A stretch of DNA of 61,903 bases, the filler included. It is 8 parts of 8 records of this genome, joined end to end, with 100 filler letters (N's around TTAATTAATTAA, not from the genome) between each part and the next. Parts side by side here need not be neighbours in the genome. Positions count along the whole stretch, not along the records: positions 25,892 to 35,369 come from SRR31156797_39188; positions 35,470 to 41,202 come from SRR31156797_39197; 6 more parts are not named here. One strand, given 5' to 3'. The notes beneath the pieces are model-generated. The model did no database searches, was not told where the DNA came from, and saw only the letters and a list, made by a program, of their open reading frames with translations. Shown in pieces: positions 28,619 to 37,416 of the stretch (position 1 is its first letter; every line of letters begins with the position of its first letter). Position numbers and translations under genes: made by a program.

Positions 28619-28646
28619 AGTTTAGCATTATGAGAAAATGTGTCAA
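28619..28646 (-). promoter_or_regulatory. Sigma70-like promoter of the micro-ORF cassette
   Basis: TTGACA-N16-TAAACT with TG-n extension, starting 3 nt after the upstream stop. Confidence 0.7.
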
Positions 28647-28648
28647 AT

Positions 28649-28921
28649 TTATGGGGTAGGAAGTCCAACAGATATGAAAATAAAATAAAGAGATGCAAGG
28701 GCAAATATTATTAGTATTCCCTCAACTACTCTTTGTACCCATATTTTAGCAAAACGCTTTTCTAGTTTTTCATCGAGATTATCTAACTTTTTACAGATTG
28801 CATTCAGCTTTTTATCTTGGTTGTCAAATTTTTGTTCCATAAGTTGCATTGAATTATTTAAATCACCATGTTTTTTCACACAGTCTATTTCTTTAGTATA
28901 TTGTTGATTAGGATTATTCAT
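28649..28921 (-). CDS. Phage coiled-coil protein with C-terminal TM helix (holin/XhlA-like)
   Basis: 90 aa; heptad region then ILIIFALASLYFIFISVG; sits between tail and lysis genes. Confidence 0.55.
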   Translation of the reverse strand: MNNPNQQYTKEIDCVKKHGDLNNSMQLMEQKFDNQDKKLNAICKKLDNLDEKLEKRFAKIWVQRVVEGILIIFALASLYFIFISVGLPTP

Positions 28922-28947
28922 CTTTTATATGTTTTACGGCTTATAGG

Positions 28948-29544
28948 TTAATCCCTTCTATCAATTTCTAAATAAGTAGCAGCATCTCCTGATTGAATAT
29001 CAACTGTATTTCCTCCAGAGTTGCTTCTTGCATACATTTCTATCGTATCACCTTCTGTTAATTCAATTGTACAAGAAACATCAACATCGTGAAAAGCGGT
29101 ATAGCCACCACATCCCAAAAACTTGCTCACCTCTAAACTACCATTCAAATAAATAGCAGTTGTGTATCTGGTATTGGCAACACAATTTTTAAATAATATC
29201 TTTCCATAAATTCTGTAAGTTCCTGTTTCTGGTACTGTATAAGCGCTAGAAGCAAAATCTTCATTAGGGTCGTAACTTTCTGAACCAAGAGTTACTTTAG
29301 TGTAAGTATTATTGACTAAATTTAATTGGCCTGTTCCTGAATAAGCTCTTGCTTTATGATTTTTTAATCTATCAACATAAGCCTTTATTGATTGTTGGCT
29401 CGCTACTTTCGTTGCAGAGTTAGAATTCATATCATCTTCGTCAAGAAATGCTGAACCTGAAATACCAGTATTTAGAGCTGGGCTTGTTAAAGTCTTATTT
29501 GTTAAGGTTTGTGATGCGTCATCTATTACTAATGTTTTACTCAT
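28948..29544 (-). CDS. Short tail-fibre/receptor-binding protein with C1q/TNF-like head
   Basis: QTLTNKTLTSP fibre motif, ASQQSIKAYVD module, then YTVPETGTY..IELTEGDTIEMY, typical of C1q-like domains. Confidence 0.65.
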   Translation of the reverse strand: MSKTLVIDDASQTLTNKTLTSPALNTGISGSAFLDEDDMNSNSATKVASQQSIKAYVDRLKNHKARAYSGTGQLNLVNNTYTKVTLGSESYDPNEDFASSAYTVPETGTYRIYGKILFKNCVANTRYTTAIYLNGSLEVSKFLGCGGYTAFHDVDVSCTIELTEGDTIEMYARSNSGGNTVDIQSGDAATYLEIDRRD

Positions 29545-29567
29545 AAATTTGTTTAATTATCTTAGTT

Positions 29568-29586
29568 GTCCGCTCCTAAAGCGGAC
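29568..29586. terminator. Intergenic stem-loop
   Basis: GTCCGCT-N5-AGCGGAC in an AT-rich intergenic region. Confidence 0.45.
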
Positions 29587-29600
29587 TCAAAAACAATTAG

Positions 29601-29783
29601 CTAATTCTTCTTTGAAGTTGCCCCTCTTTTTTGAGCTTTTTCTTCGGTGTCTTGCGATTGTGCCGCTTTAGCTAATGCCTGTTTAATACTCACAATCATT
29701 TCAGCGTCATTTCCAGAGATACTGGCTCTGACAACCAATTGATAGAGAGAATTTAACTGGTCTTCAGTCAATTCGACTTTCAT
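29601..29783 (-). CDS. Small phage hypothetical protein (tail-fibre associated)
   Basis: 60 aa, co-oriented, amphipathic helices. Confidence 0.6.
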   Translation of the reverse strand: MKVELTEDQLNSLYQLVVRASISGNDAEMIVSIKQALAKAAQSQDTEEKAQKRGATSKKN

Positions 29784-29792
29784 TTTTTTAAT

Positions 29793-30050
29793 TTATTTGA
29801 TTAATTTAACTGGTAGGTCTTTGACTGTGATAGCCAAAGCTTCATTATCGTTGATAGCCTTTAGCTGGTCAACAATAGTGTCTGCCTCTTTTTTAAGGCT
29901 TTCCATTTGCTCTAACTTTTGAGCGTGTCGCTCTTTTAATTGGGCAACTGTTACTCTTTCCTCATTGGTAACAGATTTGACTTCGGAAACTACAATAGTT
30001 TTTTGGTCGTCTGCTACGTCTGATTCGAGTAGTTGATATGATTTTGCCAT
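29793..30050 (-). CDS. Small coiled-coil phage protein (possible fibre chaperone)
   Basis: 85 aa, directly after the tail-fibre gene. Confidence 0.6.
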   Translation of the reverse strand: MAKSYQLLESDVADDQKTIVVSEVKSVTNEERVTVAQLKERHAQKLEQMESLKKEADTIVDQLKAINDNEALAITVKDLPVKLIK

Positions 30051-30062
30051 ATTATTTATTAA

Positions 30063-32126
30063 TTATAATGCTGAAAAATCTACTAAGGTGACAGTTTTTG
30101 TTGTTCCTCCTGCGGTAATTTTCATCATTACATCGCCATCATCACCGCTTCCTGTTCCATCTGAAGTCCACATTACGGTTTTACCTTCGTCAGGGTCGGT
30201 TGGGTCTGCTGACAATTCTCCGTGTGTTATTGCGCCTGCTACATCTAGCTTAGTGTCTGGACTCGTTGTCCCGATGCCGACGTTGCCGTCCTGCTGAAGG
30301 AACATGGCATCCGTTCCCCCGTTGTTGGTTCTGATTGCAACATCATCAAAACCTCTTATGACCAGATCCGTTTTTTCATATCCCCCCATGTTTACTCCGT
30401 CTCCTATGTATCCTGCCAGAGTTCCATCTGTTGATTGAACCGTCCAATATCCCGCACTTTCAAAATTTCCCGCAATATCCAATAAAGACCCCGGACTCGT
30501 CGTGCCGATACCGATGTTGCCGGTAGATTCTTGAACTGTAAAATAATCTGATCCTCCAGCAGTTTTTATATTAAAATTATCTGTACTGTCACCCACTAAT
30601 CCAATTTCCATCTTGCTAGTTCCATTCGTTGCAAAAGAAATTCTACCTGCATTGGTTGTATCAACTCTATCTATTTTAATTTTTGGGTTTGTTCCATCAA
30701 TATGTAACAATTCTGATGGCCCCGTCGTTCCAATGCCGACTCTTCCGTTAACCTCATCAACATATAAAGCAGAACCCAAATTAATTGTACCTTTTGTGCC
30801 ATGAGAAGTGGAAGAAAGTGTCAAATCATCTCCTGAGCCTGTACCTCCGATTAGAGACTGTCCTCCGCTTCTTCCTGCTAAAAGGGCATATTGGCTGTGG
30901 TCGTCGTCAGAGAGACCAGAAATAGAACCGTGGTCAATAGAATCTTCGCTAAAATGAATCGAATTGTCTGCTATGTGAGAATCTATCTGTGCATGGGTAT
31001 TAGTTCCAATATTAGAAAGATCGGCGTGGTCTCCGCTTGTGGCTACAGAAGAAAATCCTGCTTCGCTGGCACTTTGGTTAATCCATTTTCCAGTTGTTAA
31101 ATCATAAGCCAAAAGGTCATTATCAGGAATAGAGGCTGGGCTTCCCTCTTCGGTAAGATTAACATCACTCAAACCAGAAAGAGAACCTGCGGCTACAATT
31201 TGAGAAGCTACATAGGCTTTAATACTTTGCTGAGAAGCTGCCTTAGTAGCGTCATCAGAAGCCATATCGTCTTCGTCTAAAAGATTAATCCCAAGAGTGA
31301 GTTTCTTGTCAGAATCACCAGATTCGGCTTTGGTCAAGCTGGCGTCTACATCCAATTTAGAATTTAAAAATCCTGGCATTGAGTCGCCACTAGAAGTTTG
31401 AACCTGTCCTATATATGAGTGTCCTGCTCCTTGTAGGGCTTTCCCTATGTCTACAGGTTTTCCCCAACTGCCATCAGGATTTGTAAAAGCAAGGCTTGTG
31501 CCTCTCCATTCGTGTTTTGGTGAATGTCCGTCTTTTCCTGGTTTGCCGTCTTTTCCGTCTCGCCCTGGCTGTCCATCAAAATAATGAACGCCTTTTCGTG
31601 GAGTCGATTTTCGGATAAGCTCATTCTTTTCATCTTCTGTGAAGTAGTCTTTACCTTTTAGGGGTGTAGCTTCTTTAAGGATTTGTTTCTGTTCGGCTGG
31701 CGTGAAGTAATGAATCCCTTTTCGAGGAGTCGTTTTCTTGAGATAGTCTTGAATTTCAACTGGAGTGAAAAAGTCTCGCCCTTTGACTGGGGTTACTTTT
31801 TTAAGCCATTCGGTCTGTTCTGTCTTGGTGAAATAGTCTTTGCCTTTAACTGGGTTGTATCCATCTTTTCCGTCAATTCCTTTATCGCCCTTTTCACCTT
31901 TTACCTTTTTAAGATTCTTAAATACGTCTTTAAGTTCTTGAACCTCATCCAGTCGGTTCTCGTCTTTGGATTTCTGTTTAAGATATTCTTCATAAGGAAT
32001 TTCTGTTCCGTCTAATTCGTGTTCTCTTCCTTGCTCATCTGTATAAACTTCAACAATCCTATTTCCAATAGGACTATATTTTTTTCTTTTAAATGTTAGT
32101 TTTCCTTTCTTTGGGTGGTATTTCAT
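30063..32126 (-). CDS. Phage tail-fibre protein with collagen-like, 21-aa and GIGTT repeats
   Basis: GEKGDKGIDGKDG and GQPGRDGKDGKPGKDG collagen tracts; five (T/N)PxKGxxYF-type repeats; three G(R/N)(V/I)GIGTTxP units; DDDHSQY. Confidence 0.8.
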   Translation of the reverse strand: MKYHPKKGKLTFKRKKYSPIGNRIVEVYTDEQGREHELDGTEIPYEEYLKQKSKDENRLDEVQELKDVFKNLKKVKGEKGDKGIDGKDGYNPVKGKDYFTKTEQTEWLKKVTPVKGRDFFTPVEIQDYLKKTTPRKGIHYFTPAEQKQILKEATPLKGKDYFTEDEKNELIRKSTPRKGVHYFDGQPGRDGKDGKPGKDGHSPKHEWRGTSLAFTNPDGSWGKPVDIGKALQGAGHSYIGQVQTSSGDSMPGFLNSKLDVDASLTKAESGDSDKKLTLGINLLDEDDMASDDATKAASQQSIKAYVASQIVAAGSLSGLSDVNLTEEGSPASIPDNDLLAYDLTTGKWINQSASEAGFSSVATSGDHADLSNIGTNTHAQIDSHIADNSIHFSEDSIDHGSISGLSDDDHSQYALLAGRSGGQSLIGGTGSGDDLTLSSTSHGTKGTINLGSALYVDEVNGRVGIGTTGPSELLHIDGTNPKIKIDRVDTTNAGRISFATNGTSKMEIGLVGDSTDNFNIKTAGGSDYFTVQESTGNIGIGTTSPGSLLDIAGNFESAGYWTVQSTDGTLAGYIGDGVNMGGYEKTDLVIRGFDDVAIRTNNGGTDAMFLQQDGNVGIGTTSPDTKLDVAGAITHGELSADPTDPDEGKTVMWTSDGTGSGDDGDVMMKITAGGTTKTVTLVDFSAL

Positions 32127-32130
32127 AAAC

Positions 32131-32158
32131 TTGACAAAGTTTTACTTAAATGTATATT
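32131..32158 (+). promoter_or_regulatory. Antisense-oriented sigma70-like promoter
   Basis: TTGACA-N16-TATATT, 25 nt upstream of ATG 32184. Confidence 0.6.
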
Positions 32159-32183
32159 AGATATGTAAATATTAAACTATTTT

Positions 32184-32276
32184 ATGAAGGATTTTCTCTT
32201 AGATTGGCTGGCTACTGCTGGAGTGTTTTTTGGGATTATAATTCTTGCAATTTTAATAATGAGAATTATTGACTAA
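32184..32276 (+). CDS. 30-aa single-TM micro-protein on the opposite strand to the virion genes
   Basis: MKDFLLDWLATAGVFFGIIILAILIMRIID*; own promoter; 3' end overlaps the end of the 974-aa gene. Confidence 0.55.
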   Translation: MKDFLLDWLATAGVFFGIIILAILIMRIID

Positions 32277-35190
32277 GCTTATAAATAATTCCTATTTGTT
32301 CAAGAACCGTATCACTTACCAATTTCTTTTCTGAAAGTTCTTTTAGGTATGTTTTCTTTTCATTTTTGCTCATTCCTTTCATTTTCTTAACAATGTATTT
32401 GGCTCTCTCTCCATTTTCAACTCCAAGCCCTTTAATTAGTTTTTCCTTATAAGACAATTTTTCGCTTTCAGCGATTTTCTTAATTTGTTTTAAAAAGGCT
32501 TCGTCTTTTTCTTTTAGACGTTTTATTTTTTCTTCTTTTGGAAGAGTTTTAATTTCATTCCAAAAAATTTTTGCTTCTCTTTTCTTTTTAACTGATTGTG
32601 TTTTCTCTCCTTTTTCAAGACCTTTTAATTCTTCAATGTCTGCCTGTTCTTCCTGTCGTCCATACGCTCCTGAAAATCGTTTTGTTAATTGTGTATGAGC
32701 CTTTGAAGGTTCCATTACCTGTCTACCAACTCCAGCAAATTGAGTTCCTACAAAATTTACAATCTTAAGAGGGCTTGTTCCAGTTTTTTCTCCAAGAAAT
32801 TTAGCAATCGCTGGTGTATTATCCTTGTATTGTTCTTTCGGGTCTATCCCCTGTAACGACATAGGGACAATATCTCTTTCTGTAAAAAAATTCTTATTTG
32901 TCATTCCTTCTAATGCTCCCTTTACAGTAGGTGGTAATGTACCAGAGGCTAATTGTGAAGTTGAAAATTTGCCATCTCTTTCAAAGCTGACTGGGGAAAT
33001 ATCACTCATAACCTGCATAGCCAATTCATCGACGGCTTTAGTATCTTGTCCGTCAAGATAACTCATAAAATTTTCAAGTGGATTTCCAAGCATTTTACCA
33101 ATATCACCTTTTGGAATTTTGGCTACTTGAGAATATTTTCCGTTATCATCCGTCTTATCTCCGTAAATAAGAATGAAATAATTATCTTTTTCAAACTGGG
33201 CTATATCTTTCCAAACTTCGGGATAATTTCGAGTGTTATATTGATAGGTGGCTATCGCTGGGATTCCTACGATTGTAGAAGCAATTAAAGATGATTTTAT
33301 AGGTCTCTTTTTAAAAGCTTTCAGAATATTCAAAGTTCCTTGTAAACGAGCGTTCAAAAAAGGAACCCACATATTAGCAACTTTCAACTTACTACCTGAT
33401 TTTGCAAAATCTACTGTTGCATTACGAGCATTAAAAGCTGCGTCCTCTGCTGATACACCCTTTCTTAGAGCCTTTTTAAAAACCCCAAGTCTCGGTGTTA
33501 ATTCAATAGTTTCTCCCACAGCTTCAATTAGCTTTATAGGATTTACAACAGTCCTGGCTACCTTTGAGCCTTTACTTCTAGTCAGCTCTTTGACTGTTTT
33601 AGGAAGATTTTTCCCTTGCTGGAAGAACCCACTAAAAGAACCTCCCGAATCAAGAAATTTTTTATAATCGTCTCCACGCTTCACGGCTTCAGCAAATCCT
33701 CTACCCCAATCTAACGGATTGAATCCATATTTAGAAGCAACCATTGCGGTCTGAAAATCTCTAATGGCATTTGGGATAACAAAAGCAAGGTTAAGAGACG
33801 TTGCTCCAGTACGTAAAGCCTTTGCAGAAAGTGAGGCTGCTTTAGTAATAAAGTCAATAGATTCAGATGTCATTCCTTTCATTGCGTCAGCTACTTCTCT
33901 TGGTACTGCATATTCCACCTTGACACCGTTTTCAAGAGATGAAATTTTATCCATTCCCTGCGGGATTACTGTATTCTTTCCAACTTTTATAACGCTATCA
34001 TTAAAGTCTTTTCTTTTAGATAAAGCCCCCACTCTTTGAGCTACCTTATTACGTTCAATCAAATTAATCGTCTTATAGGTATTTCTAACCATAGACTCAA
34101 TAGGGTCGGCTATCTCTTTATCACTTCCCTTGATTCTTTTGATTACGTCCTGAGAAGCTACACTAAAAGCCTTTCTGCCTCGTGGAAGATTGTCGGCTTG
34201 GTCTGCCAAATATTCTAATCTTTGCAGTGGAAGATATTTTTGATTATTAGCCTTAATAGCCTGATAAGATTCTTCGCTGATAATTCCTGCTTTACGAGTT
34301 TCTTTCAAAAGATTATCTGAATATTCTCTGAGTTGGTTTCCCACTTCTTTAATAGCTGGTAATTTATCTCCTAATTCTTGTTCCATTTGAAATTTCTTTT
34401 TAGCAATCTGTTCCGCTGTTAAATTTCCTTCAAACTTCTTTATTCCTCTGTCAGCTAATTCTTGAAATCGTTCTAATTTAGCGTACTCTTTAATCGCTGG
34501 TAGTTCTTTTTCTGCTGGTCTTAGGATATTAGAAAAATCATCTAACCGTGATTGTATTTTTCCATAATGTCCTGCAAAATTTCTTGCTGCTACATAAGGG
34601 TCTTGACTTCCTAAAAGCTTCGTCTTTCTCGTAAGGTCTGAAATAGGAGCAAACCTATCAACCATTTGAGTTCTAAAGCTTCCAGTTTTCTCAATTAGTG
34701 TATCCATCTTAGGCGCTTTCAAAACTTTTGAAGCTTTACCTAAATTACTAGTAGCCCCAATACCTAAATCCATAATTCCAGATTTCTCTAATAATTCTAT
34801 CTCGGCTTTTCTCTTTTCTTTTCCTGATGTAGTTGCGATTCGTTTTTTTAATTCATCCAATTCTTCCGAATTTGGTCTTTTCTCATACTCTTTTAAAATA
34901 CTTGTGTCCTTCTCTTTAATAGCTCTTGTGAGCGGTAATTGTTTAACGTGGTCAGTAGCCTTTTCTTTAAGTCGGTCTAAAATGGAAGGTTCCTTAACTT
35001 CTGTCGGAATAGTCCGACTAACTTTCGGTTTTTCATACTTTAAAGTATCTCTGTTTTCAAAGTCCTGTTTATAAGATTGTTGGACATTTTTCTTCCTTGA
35101 GAATTCGGCAATTTTCTTTCTCATCAATAGCTTAATCTTTTTCAGTTCTTCGTCCTTGTCTTTTTTTCTAAAATTATCTAAAAAATTCAT
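32266..35190 (-). CDS. Large phage protein with LPD38-like C-terminal region (probable internal virion/ejection protein)
   Basis: 974 aa; PNAIRDFQTA, ARNATVDFAKSG, VPFLNARLQG, KIPKG, TNKNFFTERDIVP recall large polyvalent protein domain 38. Confidence 0.65.
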   Translation of the reverse strand: MNFLDNFRKKDKDEELKKIKLLMRKKIAEFSRKKNVQQSYKQDFENRDTLKYEKPKVSRTIPTEVKEPSILDRLKEKATDHVKQLPLTRAIKEKDTSILKEYEKRPNSEELDELKKRIATTSGKEKRKAEIELLEKSGIMDLGIGATSNLGKASKVLKAPKMDTLIEKTGSFRTQMVDRFAPISDLTRKTKLLGSQDPYVAARNFAGHYGKIQSRLDDFSNILRPAEKELPAIKEYAKLERFQELADRGIKKFEGNLTAEQIAKKKFQMEQELGDKLPAIKEVGNQLREYSDNLLKETRKAGIISEESYQAIKANNQKYLPLQRLEYLADQADNLPRGRKAFSVASQDVIKRIKGSDKEIADPIESMVRNTYKTINLIERNKVAQRVGALSKRKDFNDSVIKVGKNTVIPQGMDKISSLENGVKVEYAVPREVADAMKGMTSESIDFITKAASLSAKALRTGATSLNLAFVIPNAIRDFQTAMVASKYGFNPLDWGRGFAEAVKRGDDYKKFLDSGGSFSGFFQQGKNLPKTVKELTRSKGSKVARTVVNPIKLIEAVGETIELTPRLGVFKKALRKGVSAEDAAFNARNATVDFAKSGSKLKVANMWVPFLNARLQGTLNILKAFKKRPIKSSLIASTIVGIPAIATYQYNTRNYPEVWKDIAQFEKDNYFILIYGDKTDDNGKYSQVAKIPKGDIGKMLGNPLENFMSYLDGQDTKAVDELAMQVMSDISPVSFERDGKFSTSQLASGTLPPTVKGALEGMTNKNFFTERDIVPMSLQGIDPKEQYKDNTPAIAKFLGEKTGTSPLKIVNFVGTQFAGVGRQVMEPSKAHTQLTKRFSGAYGRQEEQADIEELKGLEKGEKTQSVKKKREAKIFWNEIKTLPKEEKIKRLKEKDEAFLKQIKKIAESEKLSYKEKLIKGLGVENGERAKYIVKKMKGMSKNEKKTYLKELSEKKLVSDTVLEQIGIIYKLSQ

Positions 35191-35204
35191 ATTGACAATT
35201 TTGT

Positions 35205-35369
35205 TTAATTATCCTTATCAACATCTATAAGTTCATCAATTATACTTGAAGAATTTTTTTTATTAAGCATCTCTTCTTGATATTTTGTTAATGAATTATA
35301 TGCGTTTTTTTCTTCTGTTGGATTATATCTGTCATATATATTGTTGGACGAAGCCGCTAGCGCGGCAGG
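35205..35369 (-). CDS. C-terminal fragment of a phage hypothetical protein
   Basis: Frame open from the contig edge to TAA 15 nt before the next ATG. Confidence 0.5.
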   Translation of the reverse strand, partial: PAALAASSNNIYDRYNPTEEKNAYNSLTKYQEEMLNKKNSSSIIDELIDVDKDN

Positions 35370-35469
35370 NNNNNNNNNNNNNNNNNNNNNNNNNNNNNNN
35401 NNNNNNNNNNNNNTTAATTAATTAANNNNNNNNNNNNNNNNNNNNNNNNNNNNNNNNNNNNNNNNNNNN

Positions 35470-35634
35470 AAAAAAATTAGAGATGATAAAGGTTATTGGA
35501 ATCAATTGGAAGCATATATTGAGAAATATTCTGATGCCCAATTTAGCCATGGGATGTGCCCTGAATGTTCTGATAAATTCTACGGCAAGGAAAATTGGTA
35601 CATCAAAATGAAAAAGGATAAAGGCAAAAAGTAG
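35470..35634 (+). CDS. C-terminal zinc-finger-like domain of a deltaproteobacterial signalling protein (fragment)
   Basis: KKIRDDKGYWNQLEAYIEKYSDAQFSHGMCPEC..., the KKIRDDxGYW/SHGxCPxC tail seen on REC and PAS proteins. Confidence 0.75.
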   Translation, partial: KKIRDDKGYWNQLEAYIEKYSDAQFSHGMCPECSDKFYGKENWYIKMKKDKGKK

Positions 35635-35759
35635 CTTAACCCTGCATCCAATTTTGTGGGTAGGATCACTTTGCCCAACTACACCAATTCCTGACGAAAT
35701 TGACCGGGACTGTGATTGCGATGTGGATGGTAAGGATTCCAGTTTTTTAAACAGAACCG

Positions 35760-35995
35760 GCGGCACGCAAAACCCCAGGCAGCGCTGAGCCAATTGCCTG
35801 AGTTGGGTGCTGGTATCGAAACTCAGGACACGACGAAAACAATCGGAAGCCTTCCTTATATTCTCCCGCTTTTCAAAAAAGCGACCCCTTTGTTATGACT
35901 GGCATGGGGATTCAAGGGATTTATCTCCAGAATTCTGTCATAGCAGGCCAATGATCCTTCGAACTCACCAAAGCGTTCAACAGTATTTGAAGCTC
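35760..35995 (-). pseudogene. Frameshifted TPR gene remnant
   Basis: FGEFEGSLACYDRILEINPLNPHASHNKGVAF continues as EKRENIRKASDCFRRVLSFD only after a shift in the A6 run at 35875-35880; no start codon found. Confidence 0.45.
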
Positions 35996-36019
35996 GTCAA
36001 TCGACAAAATAGAAATAGA

Positions 36020-36271
36020 TTAATTCAATTTTATCCGCTTGGCAAAGTACTCTGCCATACGGTTTAGTGTATCAACCTTTCCATAGTCCGCTTCGGAAAC
36101 CTGCACCCCAAGCTGTTCATATAAAGCAGTAAGAAGGTGTAAAAAATCATACGAGTCGATCTCTAAAGAGTTTTGCAGATTTTCATCCGATGGGATATCA
36201 TCATATTCAAGATCGGGAGCGATTATTAGTATCTGCTCGATTATGGATGTTTTGATCTGTTCTTTGTTCAT
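36020..36271 (-). CDS. Acyl carrier protein
   Basis: 83 aa, acidic; LEIDSYDFL phosphopantetheine Ser motif; ATGA-coupled to E2. Confidence 0.85.
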   Translation of the reverse strand: MNKEQIKTSIIEQILIIAPDLEYDDIPSDENLQNSLEIDSYDFLHLLTALYEQLGVQVSEADYGKVDTLNRMAEYFAKRIKLN

Positions 36272-37416
36272 AGCAGCTCCTTGGGATTTTGTAAAATGCG
36301 GTTGAATTTATCAAGGAAAAGTGCCCCCGTACGGCCGTCCGTAGCTCTATGGTCACCGGCCAACGTAGCCTTCATGACCTTTTGTACAATAACTTTGTTC
36401 TCCTGCGCCCAAGGAGTATCGATAATTTTACCCAAGCCTATAACCGCAACCTGAGGCGGATAGATGACACCATAGACATTTTCCACACCAAGATCACCCA
36501 GATTTGTGATCGTAATGCTCTGCTGTGTCAGTTCTGCTCCGCGTAATTTGCCGGCTCTTGTGCGCATGATAAGATCATCCAGTGCCTGCATGGTCTGGCT
36601 TAAATTCATATCTTTTGCACCTATTAAAGCCGGCGTGATCACTCCTTTTTTACGAAGTGCAATGGCAATACCGGGGTGAATTTCTTTGCAAATTTGATGA
36701 TGACCCTCTTGCCAGTAACCGTTTAGTTCAGGTACCTCTTTAAGTGCCAGCACGACTGCACGGATAATCATGGCTGCAGGTAGAATACGCTCCTTGATAG
36801 TAAGATTTTTATTTATCTCTTCCAGCCAAGACAGGGCAGGACTCATATTGACCGAAGCAGAAAGGTAATAGTGTGGAATCTCGGCATTGGAGAGGCTCAT
36901 AGCAGATGCTATAGCTTGGCGCATTTTATCTGCTGAGGGAGTTTTAAATTCGGTTTTGGCAGCTGATTCTATCTGGCTTAAGTGTATTTCTCCTTCATTT
37001 GTTTTGGCAAGATCAGCCAGATCAAGACCAAGCTCACGTGCTTTTTTACGTGCAGCAGGTGAGGCTTTGATACGCTGGGGTTGTGTAGTATCTTTATATT
37101 GGTCCGGCTTGGCTTTTTCTAAAGGAATTTCTTCAGTCTGCTCTTGCGCAGCCGTTACTGACGATACCGTTATATTTTCTTCGTCTGAACTTATTACAGC
37201 AAGAGGCGTGCCTACGCTGCACTCGGTTCCAGGTTCAACCAAAATCTTTTCAATGATACCGTCTTGGAAAACCTCGATCTCGATGACAGCCTTGCTTGTC
37301 TCTATTTCGGCTATCACTTGGCCTTTTGTCACTCTATCGCCGACCTCGACCTTCCACTGTATTAATATGGCAGATTCCATATCTGCGCCAAGGCTGGGCA
37401 TTAGAAATTCACTCAT
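36268..37416 (-). CDS. pdhC: Dihydrolipoamide acyltransferase E2
   Basis: Lipoyl domain EIETSKA, subunit-binding [13 protein letters not shown], catalytic DHRATDG. Confidence 0.88.
   Translation of the reverse strand: MSEFLMPSLGADMESAILIQWKVEVGDRVTKGQVIAEIETSKAVIEIEVFQDGIIEKILVEPGTECSVGTPLAVISSDEENITVSSVTAAQEQTEEIPLEKAKPDQYKDTTQPQRIKASPAARKKARELGLDLADLAKTNEGEIHLSQIESAAKTEFKTPSADKMRQAIASAMSLSNAEIPHYYLSASVNMSPALSWLEEINKNLTIKERILPAAMIIRAVVLALKEVPELNGYWQEGHHQICKEIHPGIAIALRKKGVITPALIGAKDMNLSQTMQALDDLIMRTRAGKLRGAELTQQSITITNLGDLGVENVYGVIYPPQVAVIGLGKIIDTPWAQENKVIVQKVMKATLAGDHRATDGRTGALFLDKFNRILQNPKELL

Larger units (their letters stand above)
25892..35369 (-). mobile_element. Bacteriophage (or prophage) contig: virion, tail-fibre and lysis region
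   Basis: Low GC, dense co-oriented genes; tail-fibre repeats, LPD38-like protein, holin-like proteins, M23 peptidase, HNH endonuclease. Confidence 0.88.

Noticed and set aside
28948-32126. Shared fibre module as a DGR template/variable repeat pair
   Set aside because: Both copies are coding, differences are largely synonymous and not adenine-specific, and no reverse transcriptase is on the contig.
25892-35369. Stop-codon reassignment in the phage
   Set aside because: Genes tile the contig intact under the standard bacterial code, and TAA, TAG and TGA all end genes at plausible boundaries.
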